Origin: Acidimicrobiales bacterium
GTDB lineage: Bacteria; Actinomycetota; Acidimicrobiia; Acidimicrobiales; Salinilacustritrichaceae
Assembly (NCBI GenBank): GCA_041984725.1
Contig: JBHIXO010000002.1
Location: 4,880-68,879, forward strand
Direction of reading: 5' to 3'
Length of the DNA: 64,000 nucleotides
The position numbers and the translations under genes are program-made. Below the pieces are notes generated by a model. That model searched no databases. It worked only from the letters and a program-made list of their open reading frames with translations, and had not been told where the DNA came from. This document shows positions 37,995-49,102 of this stretch, in pieces. Position 1 is the stretch's first letter. Each line of letters opens with the position of its first letter.

Positions 37995-39539
37995 TCAGAT
38001 CTTCGATGTGCGTTCTGACCAGTACTGGTCGCGGAGCTTGCGCTTGTAGAGTTTCCCCGTCGGGAGCCGAGGCAGCTCGTCGAGGAACTCGATACGCTGC
38101 GGGCACTTGTAGTGGGCGATCCGTTCGCGCGTGAAGGCGCGGAGCTCGTGTTCGAGGTCGTCGTCCACGACGACGCCGTCGGTGGCTTGCACTGCAGCCA
38201 TCACGGACTCGCCCATCTCGTCGTCGGGAATGCCGAACACGGCCACGTCGGCAACCTTGGGGTGCATCACGAGGCAGTCCTCGATCTCCTGGGGGTAGAT
38301 GTTGACGCCACCGGAGATGATCATGAACGCCTTGCGATCGGTAAGGAACAGCCATCCCTCGTCGTCGAGGTAGCCGACGTCGCCGAGCGTGGTCCAGCCG
38401 TGGCCGCCGGGGTCCTTGACGTCGGCGGTCTTGTCCGGGGCGTTGTGGTACTCGTAATCCGGACCGCCACCGAAGTACACGGTGCCGGCCTCTCCGGGTG
38501 CCGCCTCCTCGCCGTTCTCGTCGACGATGTGGATCTCGCCGATGAGCGGCTTGCCGACGGTACCGGGGTGTTCCAGCCACTCGTCCGGCTTGACGAGGCA
38601 GAATCCGTTGAGCTCGGTCCCGGCGTAGTACTCCCACAGCACCGGGCCCCACCAGTCCATCATCTGCTTCTTGACCTCGACGGGGCAGGGGGCTGCCGCG
38701 TGGACCGCGACCTGCATCGACGAGAGGTCGTGTCCGGAGCGTTGCGCCTCGGGGAGCTTGAGCATGCGAATGAACATGGTCGGGACCCACTGCGAGTGGG
38801 TGGCGGCGTGTTCTTCGATGAGACGCAGTGCCTCGGCCGGGTCGAACTTCTCCATCACGACGCACGTTCCCCCGAGCGACTGCACGCCGAGGTTGAAGCC
38901 GATCGGAGCCGAGTGGTACAGCGGCGCCGGCGACAGGTAGGTCGTGTCGGCGGTCATGCCGAACACTCCGCCGAGCAGCGCCGAGATCATCATCCCGTCC
39001 TCGATCGAACCACCGGACATCGGCCGCTTGATCCCCTTCGGCCGCCCCGTCGTGCCGCTCGAGTACAGCATCATCTCGCCGGCGGGCTCCTCGTCGAGCT
39101 TGTCGGCAGGCATCGACGCGATCGCGTCCGCATAGGATTCGAAGCGATCGTTCGCGTCGCCGATCAGGAGGGGGAGGTCGACGCCGGAGGCGTGGGAGAG
39201 CGCCTCGGCCGCGACCTCTGCCTTGGCGGTCGTGGTCACCACCGACCGGCTGCCCGAGTCCTCGAGGATGTAAGCGACCTCGTCGGCGGCGAGATAACTG
39301 TTGATCGTCGTGACGTACAGCCCGGATCGGAGCGCTGCCCACATCACCTCGAAGTAGCAGGGCTGGTTCTCGCTGAAGATCGCGACGTGGTCGCCCGGTG
39401 CCAGCCCGTGCGAACGCCACAGTCGGGCGAGGCGGTTGGACCGCTCGTCGAGTTCGCGATACGTCACAACCTCGCCCGATCCCGCCATCAGGATCGCGGG
39501 CTTGTCCGGTGTCGTGTGGGAATGTGCTCCCGGGTACAT
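37995..39539 (-). CDS. Acyl-CoA synthetase
   Basis: YSSGTTGRPKG, YYAGTE, ISGGVNIYPQE, PTGK. Confidence 0.92.
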   Translation of the reverse strand: MYPGAHSHTTPDKPAILMAGSGEVVTYRELDERSNRLARLWRSHGLAPGDHVAIFSENQPCYFEVMWAALRSGLYVTTINSYLAADEVAYILEDSGSRSVVTTTAKAEVAAEALSHASGVDLPLLIGDANDRFESYADAIASMPADKLDEEPAGEMMLYSSGTTGRPKGIKRPMSGGSIEDGMMISALLGGVFGMTADTTYLSPAPLYHSAPIGFNLGVQSLGGTCVVMEKFDPAEALRLIEEHAATHSQWVPTMFIRMLKLPEAQRSGHDLSSMQVAVHAAAPCPVEVKKQMMDWWGPVLWEYYAGTELNGFCLVKPDEWLEHPGTVGKPLIGEIHIVDENGEEAAPGEAGTVYFGGGPDYEYHNAPDKTADVKDPGGHGWTTLGDVGYLDDEGWLFLTDRKAFMIISGGVNIYPQEIEDCLVMHPKVADVAVFGIPDDEMGESVMAAVQATDGVVVDDDLEHELRAFTRERIAHYKCPQRIEFLDELPRLPTGKLYKRKLRDQYWSERTSKI

Positions 39540-39567
39540 GGCTAGCTCCCCCTCGGAATGTGTGCTG

Positions 39568-39987
39568 TCAGGTCGATGTGAGTTCTGCCGGCGTGAACAT
39601 CGGTAGCCGCCGCCCGTCTCCGAGTTCGTGTGACCAGTCGACGATCACCCGTTGGCCACAGGCGACGTCCTCGGGAGGTGCGCCCACGATGTTGGTGCTC
39701 ATGCGGTAACCCTCGTCGAGGTCGACGAGCGCGATCACGTAGGGCACCTCGTCGGCCATCATCGGGTTGCCCGGCTTGCGCATGACGTTGCATGCGTAGA
39801 TGCGACCGATCCCGCCGACCTCGGCCCACTCGAGCCCGGCGTTGCCGAGACAGCCCGGACAGAACGAGCGCGGGTACCACACCCACCGTTGGCAGTCCCG
39901 GCAGTGCTGCGCGGTGAGCTGGCGCTGCTTGGTGGACTCCCAGAAGGGAGCGGACAACTCGGTGATCGGTGGATCGATACGGGCCAT
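39568..39987 (-). CDS. Zn-ribbon/OB-fold (DUF35) protein
   Basis: PFWE..CRDC..YPRSFCPGC..PYVIALVDLDEG. Confidence 0.88.
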   Translation of the reverse strand: MARIDPPITELSAPFWESTKQRQLTAQHCRDCQRWVWYPRSFCPGCLGNAGLEWAEVGGIGRIYACNVMRKPGNPMMADEVPYVIALVDLDEGYRMSTNIVGAPPEDVACGQRVIVDWSHELGDGRRLPMFTPAELTST

Positions 39988-39995
39988 GTGTGCTC

Positions 39996-41168
39996 CTACG
40001 CGGTGGCGTCGGTTCCGAGGACGATGGTGGAGGTGCAGGAGATGACACCGCCGCACCCGTTCGCGAGCGCGATCTCCGCGCCGTCCACCTGCCGGTCGCC
40101 ACCCTCGCCCCGCAGTTGGCGCACGGCCTCGACCAGGATGAACATCCCGTACATGCCGGGGTGGGTGTAGGCGAGTCCGCCCCCGTTGGTGTTGGTCGGC
40201 AGCGCGCCGCCGGGGCCGAGTCGGCCGTCGGCGACGAATGCGCCGCCTTCGCCCTTGGCGCAGAACCCCAGGTCTTCGAGGGTCATCAGGGCCGTGATCG
40301 TGAAGCTGTCGTACAGTTCGACGACGTCGACATCCGCCGCTCCGATCCCCGCCATCGCCATGGCATTCGGACCGGAAGTGGCGGCGGCGGTGGTCGTGAG
40401 GTCGCCCATCTGGCTGATCGACATACCGTGGGTGTGGGCGGTGCCGGCACCCAGCACGAGGACCGGTGGACGGGCGAGGTCACGCGCTCGCTCGGCCGAC
40501 GTCATGACCAGGGCTCCGGCTCCGTCGGTGACGAGGCAGCAGTCGAGCTTGTGCAACGGCTCGGCGACCATCGGCGAGTCGAGCACGTCGTCGATGGTGA
40601 TCGGCACCTGGTGGTAGGCGTTCGGGTTCTTCGACGCCCACTCGCGGAACGAGACCGCGATCTGGGCGAGCTGTTCGGACGTCGTGCCGTACTGGTGCAT
40701 GTGACGGCTGGCGGCGAGGCTGTACGAAGCAGCCGGGAGACCGAACCCGTAGGGAAGGTCCCACTGGAACATGGGGGAGTCCTTGGCGACCGGCGGCCCG
40801 CCGGAGGCGAACGGGTTCTTCCCGCCGCGGGGGGTTGCGGCGTAGACGATGACCGCGACGTCGCACAGCCCGTTGGCGATGGCCACGGCCGCGTGTTCGA
40901 CGTGCACCTCGAAGCTGGAGCCTCCCGTCATCGTCGTGTCGGTGTACCGGCCCTGCACCCCCAATCGTTCCGCGAGCTCCAGCGAGGCCATCATCCCGTT
41001 CGTCGAGATGACCGAATCGACGTCGCTGATAACGAGTCCAGCGTCTGCGAGTGCGTCCCGGATCATCTCGACCTCGAGGTCCTCCACGCTACGGCCCAGT
41101 TCCCCGGTCGGGGAGACAGCGTCGGCCGCTCCGACGATGGCGGTGGCGGCGCGAAGCGGATGTGGCAT
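39996..41168 (-). CDS. Thiolase-like protein, Ltp2-type (putative aldolase)
   Basis: TGGSS at the Cys position; LYDSF and AYTHPG. Confidence 0.85.
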   Translation of the reverse strand: MPHPLRAATAIVGAADAVSPTGELGRSVEDLEVEMIRDALADAGLVISDVDSVISTNGMMASLELAERLGVQGRYTDTTMTGGSSFEVHVEHAAVAIANGLCDVAVIVYAATPRGGKNPFASGGPPVAKDSPMFQWDLPYGFGLPAASYSLAASRHMHQYGTTSEQLAQIAVSFREWASKNPNAYHQVPITIDDVLDSPMVAEPLHKLDCCLVTDGAGALVMTSAERARDLARPPVLVLGAGTAHTHGMSISQMGDLTTTAAATSGPNAMAMAGIGAADVDVVELYDSFTITALMTLEDLGFCAKGEGGAFVADGRLGPGGALPTNTNGGGLAYTHPGMYGMFILVEAVRQLRGEGGDRQVDGAEIALANGCGGVISCTSTIVLGTDATA

Positions 41169-41204
41169 TGGGTGCTCCCGAGAGGGGTGTGTCGAGCAAG
41201 TGTA

Positions 41205-41230
41205 CGAAACGTAGCACGATGGACGTCTCA
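41205..41230. promoter_or_regulatory. N14 operator site 8
   Basis: CGAAAC-N14-GTCTCA. Confidence 0.65.
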
Positions 41231-41276
41231 CGCTTCAACAAACCCAGGACATCCCTGAATGGCGGGCATCCATGTC

Positions 41277-41302
41277 TCTGACGTTCGACACGGAGCGTCT
41301 CA
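41277..41302. promoter_or_regulatory. N14 operator site 9
   Basis: TCTGAC-N14-GTCTCA upstream of the BVMO. Confidence 0.55.
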
Positions 41303-41344
41303 AGCAGCGGGCCCTTGAATGATGCCGGCGGTTAGACTCTCTCC

Positions 41345-42985
41345 ATGTCTGACGACTCGACGGGCGAGCGCGACCCCGACGTCCTCGTGGTCGGTGCCGG
41401 CTTCTCTGGGGTCCACCTGCTCCACCGGGCCAGACAGGCGGGGCTCTCCGTAGCTCTGGTCGAGGCAGGCGCCGCTCCTGGTGGCATCTGGTATTGGAAC
41501 TGCTATCCCGGCGCCCGGGTCGATTCGCACGTCCCGATGTACGAGTTCGCCGACCCCGACGTGTGGCGTGACTGGTACTGGGACGAGCGATTTCCCGACT
41601 GGCGGGCGCTGCGTCGATACTTCGACCACGTCATCGACCGATGGGGCCTCCGTGAGTCCATGCGCTTCGACACGCGTGTCGTGCGCGCTCGCTTCGAGGA
41701 GTCCGACGCACGGTGGACCGTCGAGCTCTCCCGTGGTGGGGTCCTGCGACCGCGTCATGTCGTGTTCTGCACCGGCTTCGCCGCGAAGCCGCACGTCCCC
41801 GAACTGCCGGGGATCGAGACCTTCGCCGGCGATCATCACCACACTGCCCGCTGGCCCCAGGAGGGACTCGATCTCGAGGGCCGGAGGATCGGCGTGATCG
41901 GCACGGGAGCGAGCGGGGTCCAGGTGATCCAGGAGGCTGCGGGCGTCGCGGCACATCTGACCGTGTTCCAACGGACGCCGATCCTGGCGTTGCCCATGCA
42001 GCAACGCTCGCTGGATCGCGACAGCCAGGACGAGGCGAAGCGACGGTACCCCGAGCTGTTCGCGGCCCGGCGACGCACCAACAGCGGGTTCGACTTCCCG
42101 GAGCAGGGCGGCACCTTCGACGTCGACGAGCAGGAACGGCGCGCCATCTTCGAGGAACTCTGGGACAACGGTGGCCTCAGCTTCTGGGGCGGAACGTTCT
42201 CCGATGTCCTGCTCGACGAGCGCGCCAACCGTGAGGCATACCGCTTCTGGCGCGACAAGGTCCGTGCCCGGATCGACGACCTCGCCACGGCAGAGCTGCT
42301 GGCGCCGACTGACCCGCCCCATCCCTTCGGAGTCAAGCGGCCGTCGCTCGAGCAGGGTTACTACGAGGTGTTCAACCGCGACGACGTCACCCTCGTCGAC
42401 CTCCGAACGAATCCGATCGAGGAGGTGATGCCGTCCGGCATCCGGACCGCATCCGGTCGCCACGAACTCGACCTCATCGTGTTCGCCACCGGCTTCGACG
42501 CGGTGACCGGGGGTCTCACGTCCATCGACATCCGTGGCACCAGCGGGGAGACCCTCGCCCGTCATTGGCAGGACGGTGTCCGGACCCATCTCGGCGTCGC
42601 GTGCCATGGTTTTCCGAACCTGTTCTTCCTCTACGGACCGCAGAGCCCATCGGGGTTCTGCAACGGCCCCACCTGTGCCGAGGTGCAGGGCGAGTGGCTG
42701 ACCGACCTGCTCGTGGCACTGCGAGACAGCGGTCACGGACGCATCGAGGCCAAGGCCGATTCCGAGACCGCATGGCGAGAGCAAGTGGAGTTCATCGCGT
42801 CGTTGAGCCTTTTCCCGATGGCCGACTCGTGGTACATGGGGGCCAACATCCCGGGCAAGCGGCGTGAGATGCTGAATTGGCCCGGAGGGCTACAGCTGTA
42901 CCTGGAACAGTGCCGCAACGAAGCGGAGAGCGGCTATCCGGGATTCGATCGCGGTGGCCCAGCCGAATCGGAGCTCGCCTCGTGA
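41345..42985 (+). CDS. Baeyer-Villiger monooxygenase (type I)
   Basis: GAGFSG, GGIWYWNCYPG, FAGDHHHTARWP, GTGASG. Confidence 0.93.
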   Translation: MSDDSTGERDPDVLVVGAGFSGVHLLHRARQAGLSVALVEAGAAPGGIWYWNCYPGARVDSHVPMYEFADPDVWRDWYWDERFPDWRALRRYFDHVIDRWGLRESMRFDTRVVRARFEESDARWTVELSRGGVLRPRHVVFCTGFAAKPHVPELPGIETFAGDHHHTARWPQEGLDLEGRRIGVIGTGASGVQVIQEAAGVAAHLTVFQRTPILALPMQQRSLDRDSQDEAKRRYPELFAARRRTNSGFDFPEQGGTFDVDEQERRAIFEELWDNGGLSFWGGTFSDVLLDERANREAYRFWRDKVRARIDDLATAELLAPTDPPHPFGVKRPSLEQGYYEVFNRDDVTLVDLRTNPIEEVMPSGIRTASGRHELDLIVFATGFDAVTGGLTSIDIRGTSGETLARHWQDGVRTHLGVACHGFPNLFFLYGPQSPSGFCNGPTCAEVQGEWLTDLLVALRDSGHGRIEAKADSETAWREQVEFIASLSLFPMADSWYMGANIPGKRREMLNWPGGLQLYLEQCRNEAESGYPGFDRGGPAESELAS

Positions 42986-45170
42986 ACGCGCTGGGCAGAT
43001 GGTGCTACCTCAACCGTCGGCGGGTCGTCGGGACGTGGGCGGTCGCCGTCGTCGCGCTGTTCGTGGCGGGCAACGCGTGGGGAGGGGAGTTCCAGAACGA
43101 CTTCCGAGTCGCCGACTCCGAGTCCCAGGAGGCATTCGACCGCATGCAGGCGTCGTTCCCTGCCTTCGCCGGCGACCCGATCAGCTTCGTCTTCCGCTCC
43201 GACGTGGGTATCGACGAACCCGCCGTGCGCTCGGAGGTCGAGTCCGTCCTGGCCGAGATCGCGGCCGAGCCCGGAGTGATGGAGGTGGTCTCGCCATACG
43301 CGGGGCTCGCCCTGGTCGACGCGGAACGACAGACTGCGATCGCCCAGGTGCGCATGGTCGACTTCGGGCCCGACGTCGAGATCGGCCTCGTCCAGAGACT
43401 CATCGACCACGCCGATGTCCTGTCGGCAGTCGACGGCCTCGACGCGGCGGTAGGAGGCCCGACGGCGATGTTCGCAGAGGCCGAGCGGCCGGGCTCGCGC
43501 GAGGCTGTCGGCGTGGTGCTGGCGCTGTTGGTCCTGCTCGTGACCTTCGGGTCGCTCATCGCTGCTGGGCTCCCGGTCGTCGTCGCGCTCGGGGGGCTCG
43601 GTGCCGGCATGGCCGGGATCGTGGTCCTCACCAGATTCATGTCCGTGTCCACCTTCGCTCCGGGACTGGCGGCGATGATCGGGCTCGGCGTCGGGATCGA
43701 CTACGCCTTGTTCATCGTCACGCGATATCGCCAGGGCCTCGACGAGGGGCGGCCGCGCGACGAGGCCGTGGAGATCGCCGTCGGCACGGCGGGTCGGGCG
43801 GTGGTGTGCGCAGGGGCGACGGTGGTGATCTCGCTGCTCGGGATGTTGCTCATCGGCGTGTCGATGGTCGTCGGTCTGGCCGTCGGAGCCGCCTTGGCGG
43901 TCAGTTGCACCGTCGTCGCCGCCGTGACCTTGTTGCCGGCGGTCCTCGGATTCGTCGGCGACCAGATCGACCGTTTCTCAGTCCGTCGGAGGCGCCTCCG
44001 CTCCGATGACACCGCGTGGCATCACTGGGGGCGAGCGATCCAGCGACGCCCAGTTCCCGCGATGGTCGGGGCACTGATCCTGTTGCTTGCGTTGTCCGCT
44101 CCCGCCCTCGGTCTCGTGCTCAGCGGACCGCACTTCGGCGGCGGCCCCGAGTCCCAGAGCAGCCGTCGTGCCTACGACCTCATCACCGAGTCGTTCGGTG
44201 TCGGCTACAACGGCCCCTTGCTGCTGGTGGTCGACCGCGAACTCCCGGGCGTCACCGACGATCTGGTGCAATCGGTCGCCCAGCGGGTGGCTGCAGAGCC
44301 AGGCACCGAGGTCGTGTTCCCGGAACTGAGGAGCCCCGACGGAAGCCTCGGGGTCCTCGTCGCGATCCCGACCTCGGCGCCACACGACCTCGAGACGCAG
44401 ACGCTGGTCCGCGACCTGCGCTCCGACGTGATCCCCGAGGTCACGGGTGCCGCGCCCGGTGCCGTCGCGGTGTCCGGCGTCACCGCGCTCTTCGCCGACA
44501 TGGCCGATCTCCTGAATCGGCGGCTTCCCGTGTTCATCGGAGTCGTGATCGGCATGTCCTTCCTGCTGCTCATGGCAGTCTTCCGCTCGGTACTCGTCCC
44601 GGTGAAGGCCGCAGTCTTGAACATGTTGTCCATCAGCGCGGCGTACGGCGTCGTTGTCATGTGTTCCAATGGGGATGGGGCGCTGACTTGATCGGCGTTG
44701 ACCGACCCGGTCCGATCATGGCGTTCATCCCCATGATGTTGTTCGCCATCCTCTTCGGGCTGTCGATGGACTACGAGGTGTTCCTGTTGTCGCGCGTGCG
44801 AGAGGAGTACGACCGCACCGGCGACAACGCCACCGCGGTGGTCGACGGCCTCGCCGCCACCGGACGCGTCATCACGGCGGCAGCAACGATCATGGTCTTG
44901 ATCTTCTCGTCTTTCGTGCTCGGCGACGACCCGATCATCAAGACGTTCGGCCTCGGCCTCGCCGTCGCCGTCCTGGTGGATGCGACGGTCGTGCGGATGA
45001 TCCTCGTGCCCGCCACGATGGAGCTCCTCGGTGACGCGAACTGGTGGTTCCCTCGCTGGCTCGAGCGGTGGGTTCCCCGCATCGATCTCGAAGGCGGCTC
45101 CGCTGTGCCGGACGAGATCGACGGTGCGCCGCCCGTCGCGACCGGGACTGGCTCCGCTACGTCCCGGTGA
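42982..45170 (+). pseudogene. MMPL/RND family transporter with a 1-bp frameshift near 44661
   Basis: GLGVGIDYALF in one frame and VFQWGWG..FGLSMDYEVFL in another; one extra G (ATG GTG TTC) restores a continuous ORF. Confidence 0.85.
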
Positions 45171-45965
45171 AGTTGGGCGCCCGCTTCTCCATGAACGCGA
45201 GTGGACCTTCGACCGCGTCGTTCGAGCTGAACACGTCACGGCCGGCGTCGGTCTCGATCTTCAGTGCCTCCGGCAGGCTCAGCCCGCTGGACCGGCGCAC
45301 GGCATCCTTGATCGCCTGCACCGCGAGGGGACCGTTCGATGCGATCCGCTCCGCGATCAGCTGCGCTCGGGCGCCGACATCGACGGGGCGAACGATCTCG
45401 TTCACGAGGCCGATCCGCCATGCTTCCTCGACCGGCATCGACTCGCCCAGCAGCAGGATCTCCATGGCCTTGCAGTAGGGAACCTGTTGCGGGAGGCGCG
45501 AGACGCCACCGCCCCCTGGGATCAGGCCGCGGGCGACCTCGGTCAGACCGAGCGTCACGCCCTCGGCCGCGATGCGGAGGTCGGTGGCCAGGACCAGTTC
45601 GGTGCCGCCAGCGAGCGCATCGCCGTTGATCGCTGCGATCACGGGCTTGTCGAGCACGAAGCCCCGCAGGAGTCCGTCGCCGAACGCGGCGCGGTCCGAG
45701 AGGAGCTTGTCGTCCCACTCGTCGTCGGGCGGGCGTTGCCGCGTCAGCAGCGGAATCAGCCGACCCAGGTCGGCACCGGCGCAGAAGGCCCGGTCACCCG
45801 TACCGGTGAGCACCGCCACCCGGATGCCCGGATCGTCTCGGACCGCGCGCCAGGCCTCCGCCATCCGGACCAACATCTCCGGGCTCAAGGCATTGCGTTT
45901 CTCGGGCCGGTTCATGGTCAACACGGCGATGCTGTCGGCGACATCGACGAGGAGATGGGGCTCGC

Positions 45966-45969
<4 letters not shown>
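45157..45969 (-). CDS. Enoyl-CoA hydratase/crotonase family
   Basis: MNRPEKRNAL, FCAGADL, AGGTE, TEVARG. Confidence 0.92.
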
Positions 45970-47147
<1,178 letters not shown>

Positions 47148-47201
47148 AGGGTTCCTGTCGATGGATCCGGCGTGTTCGTTGTCGCCGTAGAAGATGTTCG
47201 G

Positions 47202-48086
47202 TCACGCGGCGTCGGCGTCGATGGCCAGTGCGTGTCGTCGGATCAGGTGGGCGCCGCGTGCGGAGTCCTCGTGGAGGACGAAGTGTCCGCCATCCACGAG
47301 CACGATGGTCGCCGAGGCGCGGCGAGCCTGTTCGGCGAAGACGTCCGGGAGGAACGAGTTCCGCCCGGCGAGGATCGTCGCAGGGCAGGACAGATGGGGA
47401 AGATGGTCCCATGCGGCCTGGGCTCCTCCACGCTCCGCAGAGACCTCGAAGATCGTGGCCTCGGTCTCCGGGGTGCAGGCGAGACGGATCCCGTCGGCCG
47501 ATGCCACTGTGCCCCATCTGGCATAGGCCGCCAATGCCTCCGGCGCGAGCTCGGAGAGGGGCGGGCGTTTCGACAACGACGCGACCATCGCGGCCTCATC
47601 GTCGAATCCGGGGCGCCGACGGCGAGCCTGTTCGGCCATCCCGTTGCCGTCGCGTCGAGGCCCGTCGGCACCTCTGCTCATCTCACCGGTGAGTCCGTCG
47701 GTCGGGAAGGCGACCGCCTCGGCCAAGACTGCCCGGGTCCAACGACCGGGGTCGAGCTTGTCGGCCATGATCGCGACGGCTCCACCCAGCGAACTGCCGG
47801 CGACGGACGCAGAGTGGATTCCGAGTGCGTCGAGGGTCTCGAGGACCCGGGTGGCCATCGTCTCGAAACTGAAACCCGATCGGTCACCGGGTGTCGAGCT
47901 CGCTCCATGCCCCGGGAGGTCGATCGCGATGACGCGCGCCACGTCACGTAGCAGTTCGGCGACGGGCTCGTACAAGCCGGCGCAGAACCCGTTCGGATGC
48001 AGCAGCACGACCACCGGTCCATCGATCCCCCACTCGAGCACGCCGAGCGCGCCTTCACCGGTTCTCACCCGCGTTGCTCGAAGCAT
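47202..48086 (-). CDS. Alpha/beta hydrolase
   Basis: LHPNGF, DLPGHG, GSSLGG, GGHF. Confidence 0.85.
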   Translation of the reverse strand: MLRATRVRTGEGALGVLEWGIDGPVVVLLHPNGFCAGLYEPVAELLRDVARVIAIDLPGHGASSTPGDRSGFSFETMATRVLETLDALGIHSASVAGSSLGGAVAIMADKLDPGRWTRAVLAEAVAFPTDGLTGEMSRGADGPRRDGNGMAEQARRRRPGFDDEAAMVASLSKRPPLSELAPEALAAYARWGTVASADGIRLACTPETEATIFEVSAERGGAQAAWDHLPHLSCPATILAGRNSFLPDVFAEQARRASATIVLVDGGHFVLHEDSARGAHLIRRHALAIDADAA

Positions 48087-48093
48087 GGAGAGA

Positions 48094-48119
48094 CGATACA
48101 GGGACAGTGTTGTGTTTCA
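48094..48119. promoter_or_regulatory. N14 operator site 10
   Basis: CGATAC-N14-GTTTCA. Confidence 0.6.
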
Positions 48120-48150
48120 TGGGTCCTCAGGCGGCTTCCGCGGTACGACC

Positions 48151-48996
48151 TCATGGATCGGTGCGGTCGAGGAGGGCGACGAGTTCGCCAGGATGCCGAA
48201 GCACGGAGTGCGAGGGGTAACGCTCGAGCAACGCAGTGCGGGCAACCATCTCGTCGATGACCAATCGGAGATAGGTCGCTGAGGTCGAGCCTCCCGCGAT
48301 CAGGGAATCGGCGAGGTTGCGGAGTGCGAGGGTGAGGCTCAGGAGGTTCCATTCGATGTCCAGGCAGACCGTGTACTTCTTCACCAGCAGTGCATGCTCT
48401 CGGCGGTACCTACCCGTCTCCGACTCGATCACCCGTCCGAGCCGCTGGTCGTCGCGATGGGAAAGCGCGTCGAGGACCTCTCTCAAGAGATTGCGGTCGA
48501 CGGCCTCGAGTCGAACGATCCCGCCGACATCTTCGACCGTCAACGCTCCGTCGGGGAGCACGTGCGCCTCACCGCAGATCACGAGCCGGCCGGAGGCCAG
48601 AGGATCGAACAGTGAGTCTTCGATGAACGATGCGATCGCCTCCTCCCGTGGCTCGACATGCGTCGCTCCCCATGGCACGCGCTCGACGACAATGTCCGTC
48701 CGCGAGAGCCGGTGTCCGAGAGCTGGAACGACCACGCCGACTGCTTCGAGCGCTTCTGCGCTCTCGGATCGCAGATCGCTGACGTTGCTCGGCACCCCCG
48801 TGCGCCACCCGCGCACCCAGATGGGAGCTGCGTCGTCGCTCCACCCCCAGCGAAGGGTTCCTGAAGCCGACCGTGCAACCGGCCGGGAGAGCCGTCCGGC
48901 GTCTGGATCCGGACCTCTCAGGAGGGCTCGCATCGGCCTGCCGTGCCGGTCCCACCGGAGTCGGTCGACGACGACTGCTGCTTCGCGTCGGCGCAT
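48151..48996 (-). CDS. UbiB/ABC1 (AarF)-like degenerate kinase-fold protein, copy B
   Basis: VLPDGALTVEDVGGIVRLEAVDRNLLREVLDALSHRD parallels ABC1 VLPDGRI.L.DFG.VGRL; homolog of 2429-3331. Confidence 0.65.
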   Translation of the reverse strand: MRRREAAVVVDRLRWDRHGRPMRALLRGPDPDAGRLSRPVARSASGTLRWGWSDDAAPIWVRGWRTGVPSNVSDLRSESAEALEAVGVVVPALGHRLSRTDIVVERVPWGATHVEPREEAIASFIEDSLFDPLASGRLVICGEAHVLPDGALTVEDVGGIVRLEAVDRNLLREVLDALSHRDDQRLGRVIESETGRYRREHALLVKKYTVCLDIEWNLLSLTLALRNLADSLIAGGSTSATYLRLVIDEMVARTALLERYPSHSVLRHPGELVALLDRTDP

Positions 48997-49003
48997 GATG
49001 GCA

Positions 49004-49029
49004 CGATACGTCGAAGCACGGATGTCTTG
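49004..49029. promoter_or_regulatory. N14 operator site 11
   Basis: CGATAC-N14-GTCTTG overlapping the minus-strand TATCGT -10 of copy B. Confidence 0.55.
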
Positions 49030-49037
49030 CATGTCGA

Positions 49038-49058
49038 AGTTGGATCGGGTGTCCAACT
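49038..49058. promoter_or_regulatory. Palindromic operator AGTTGGA-N7-TCCAACT
   Basis: Perfect 7-bp arms; core matches 3355-3371. Confidence 0.65.
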
Positions 49059-49102
49059 CGGAAGTCCGCTCTCCGAGATCCGCCGCGCGCCACAATGGAA
49101 AG

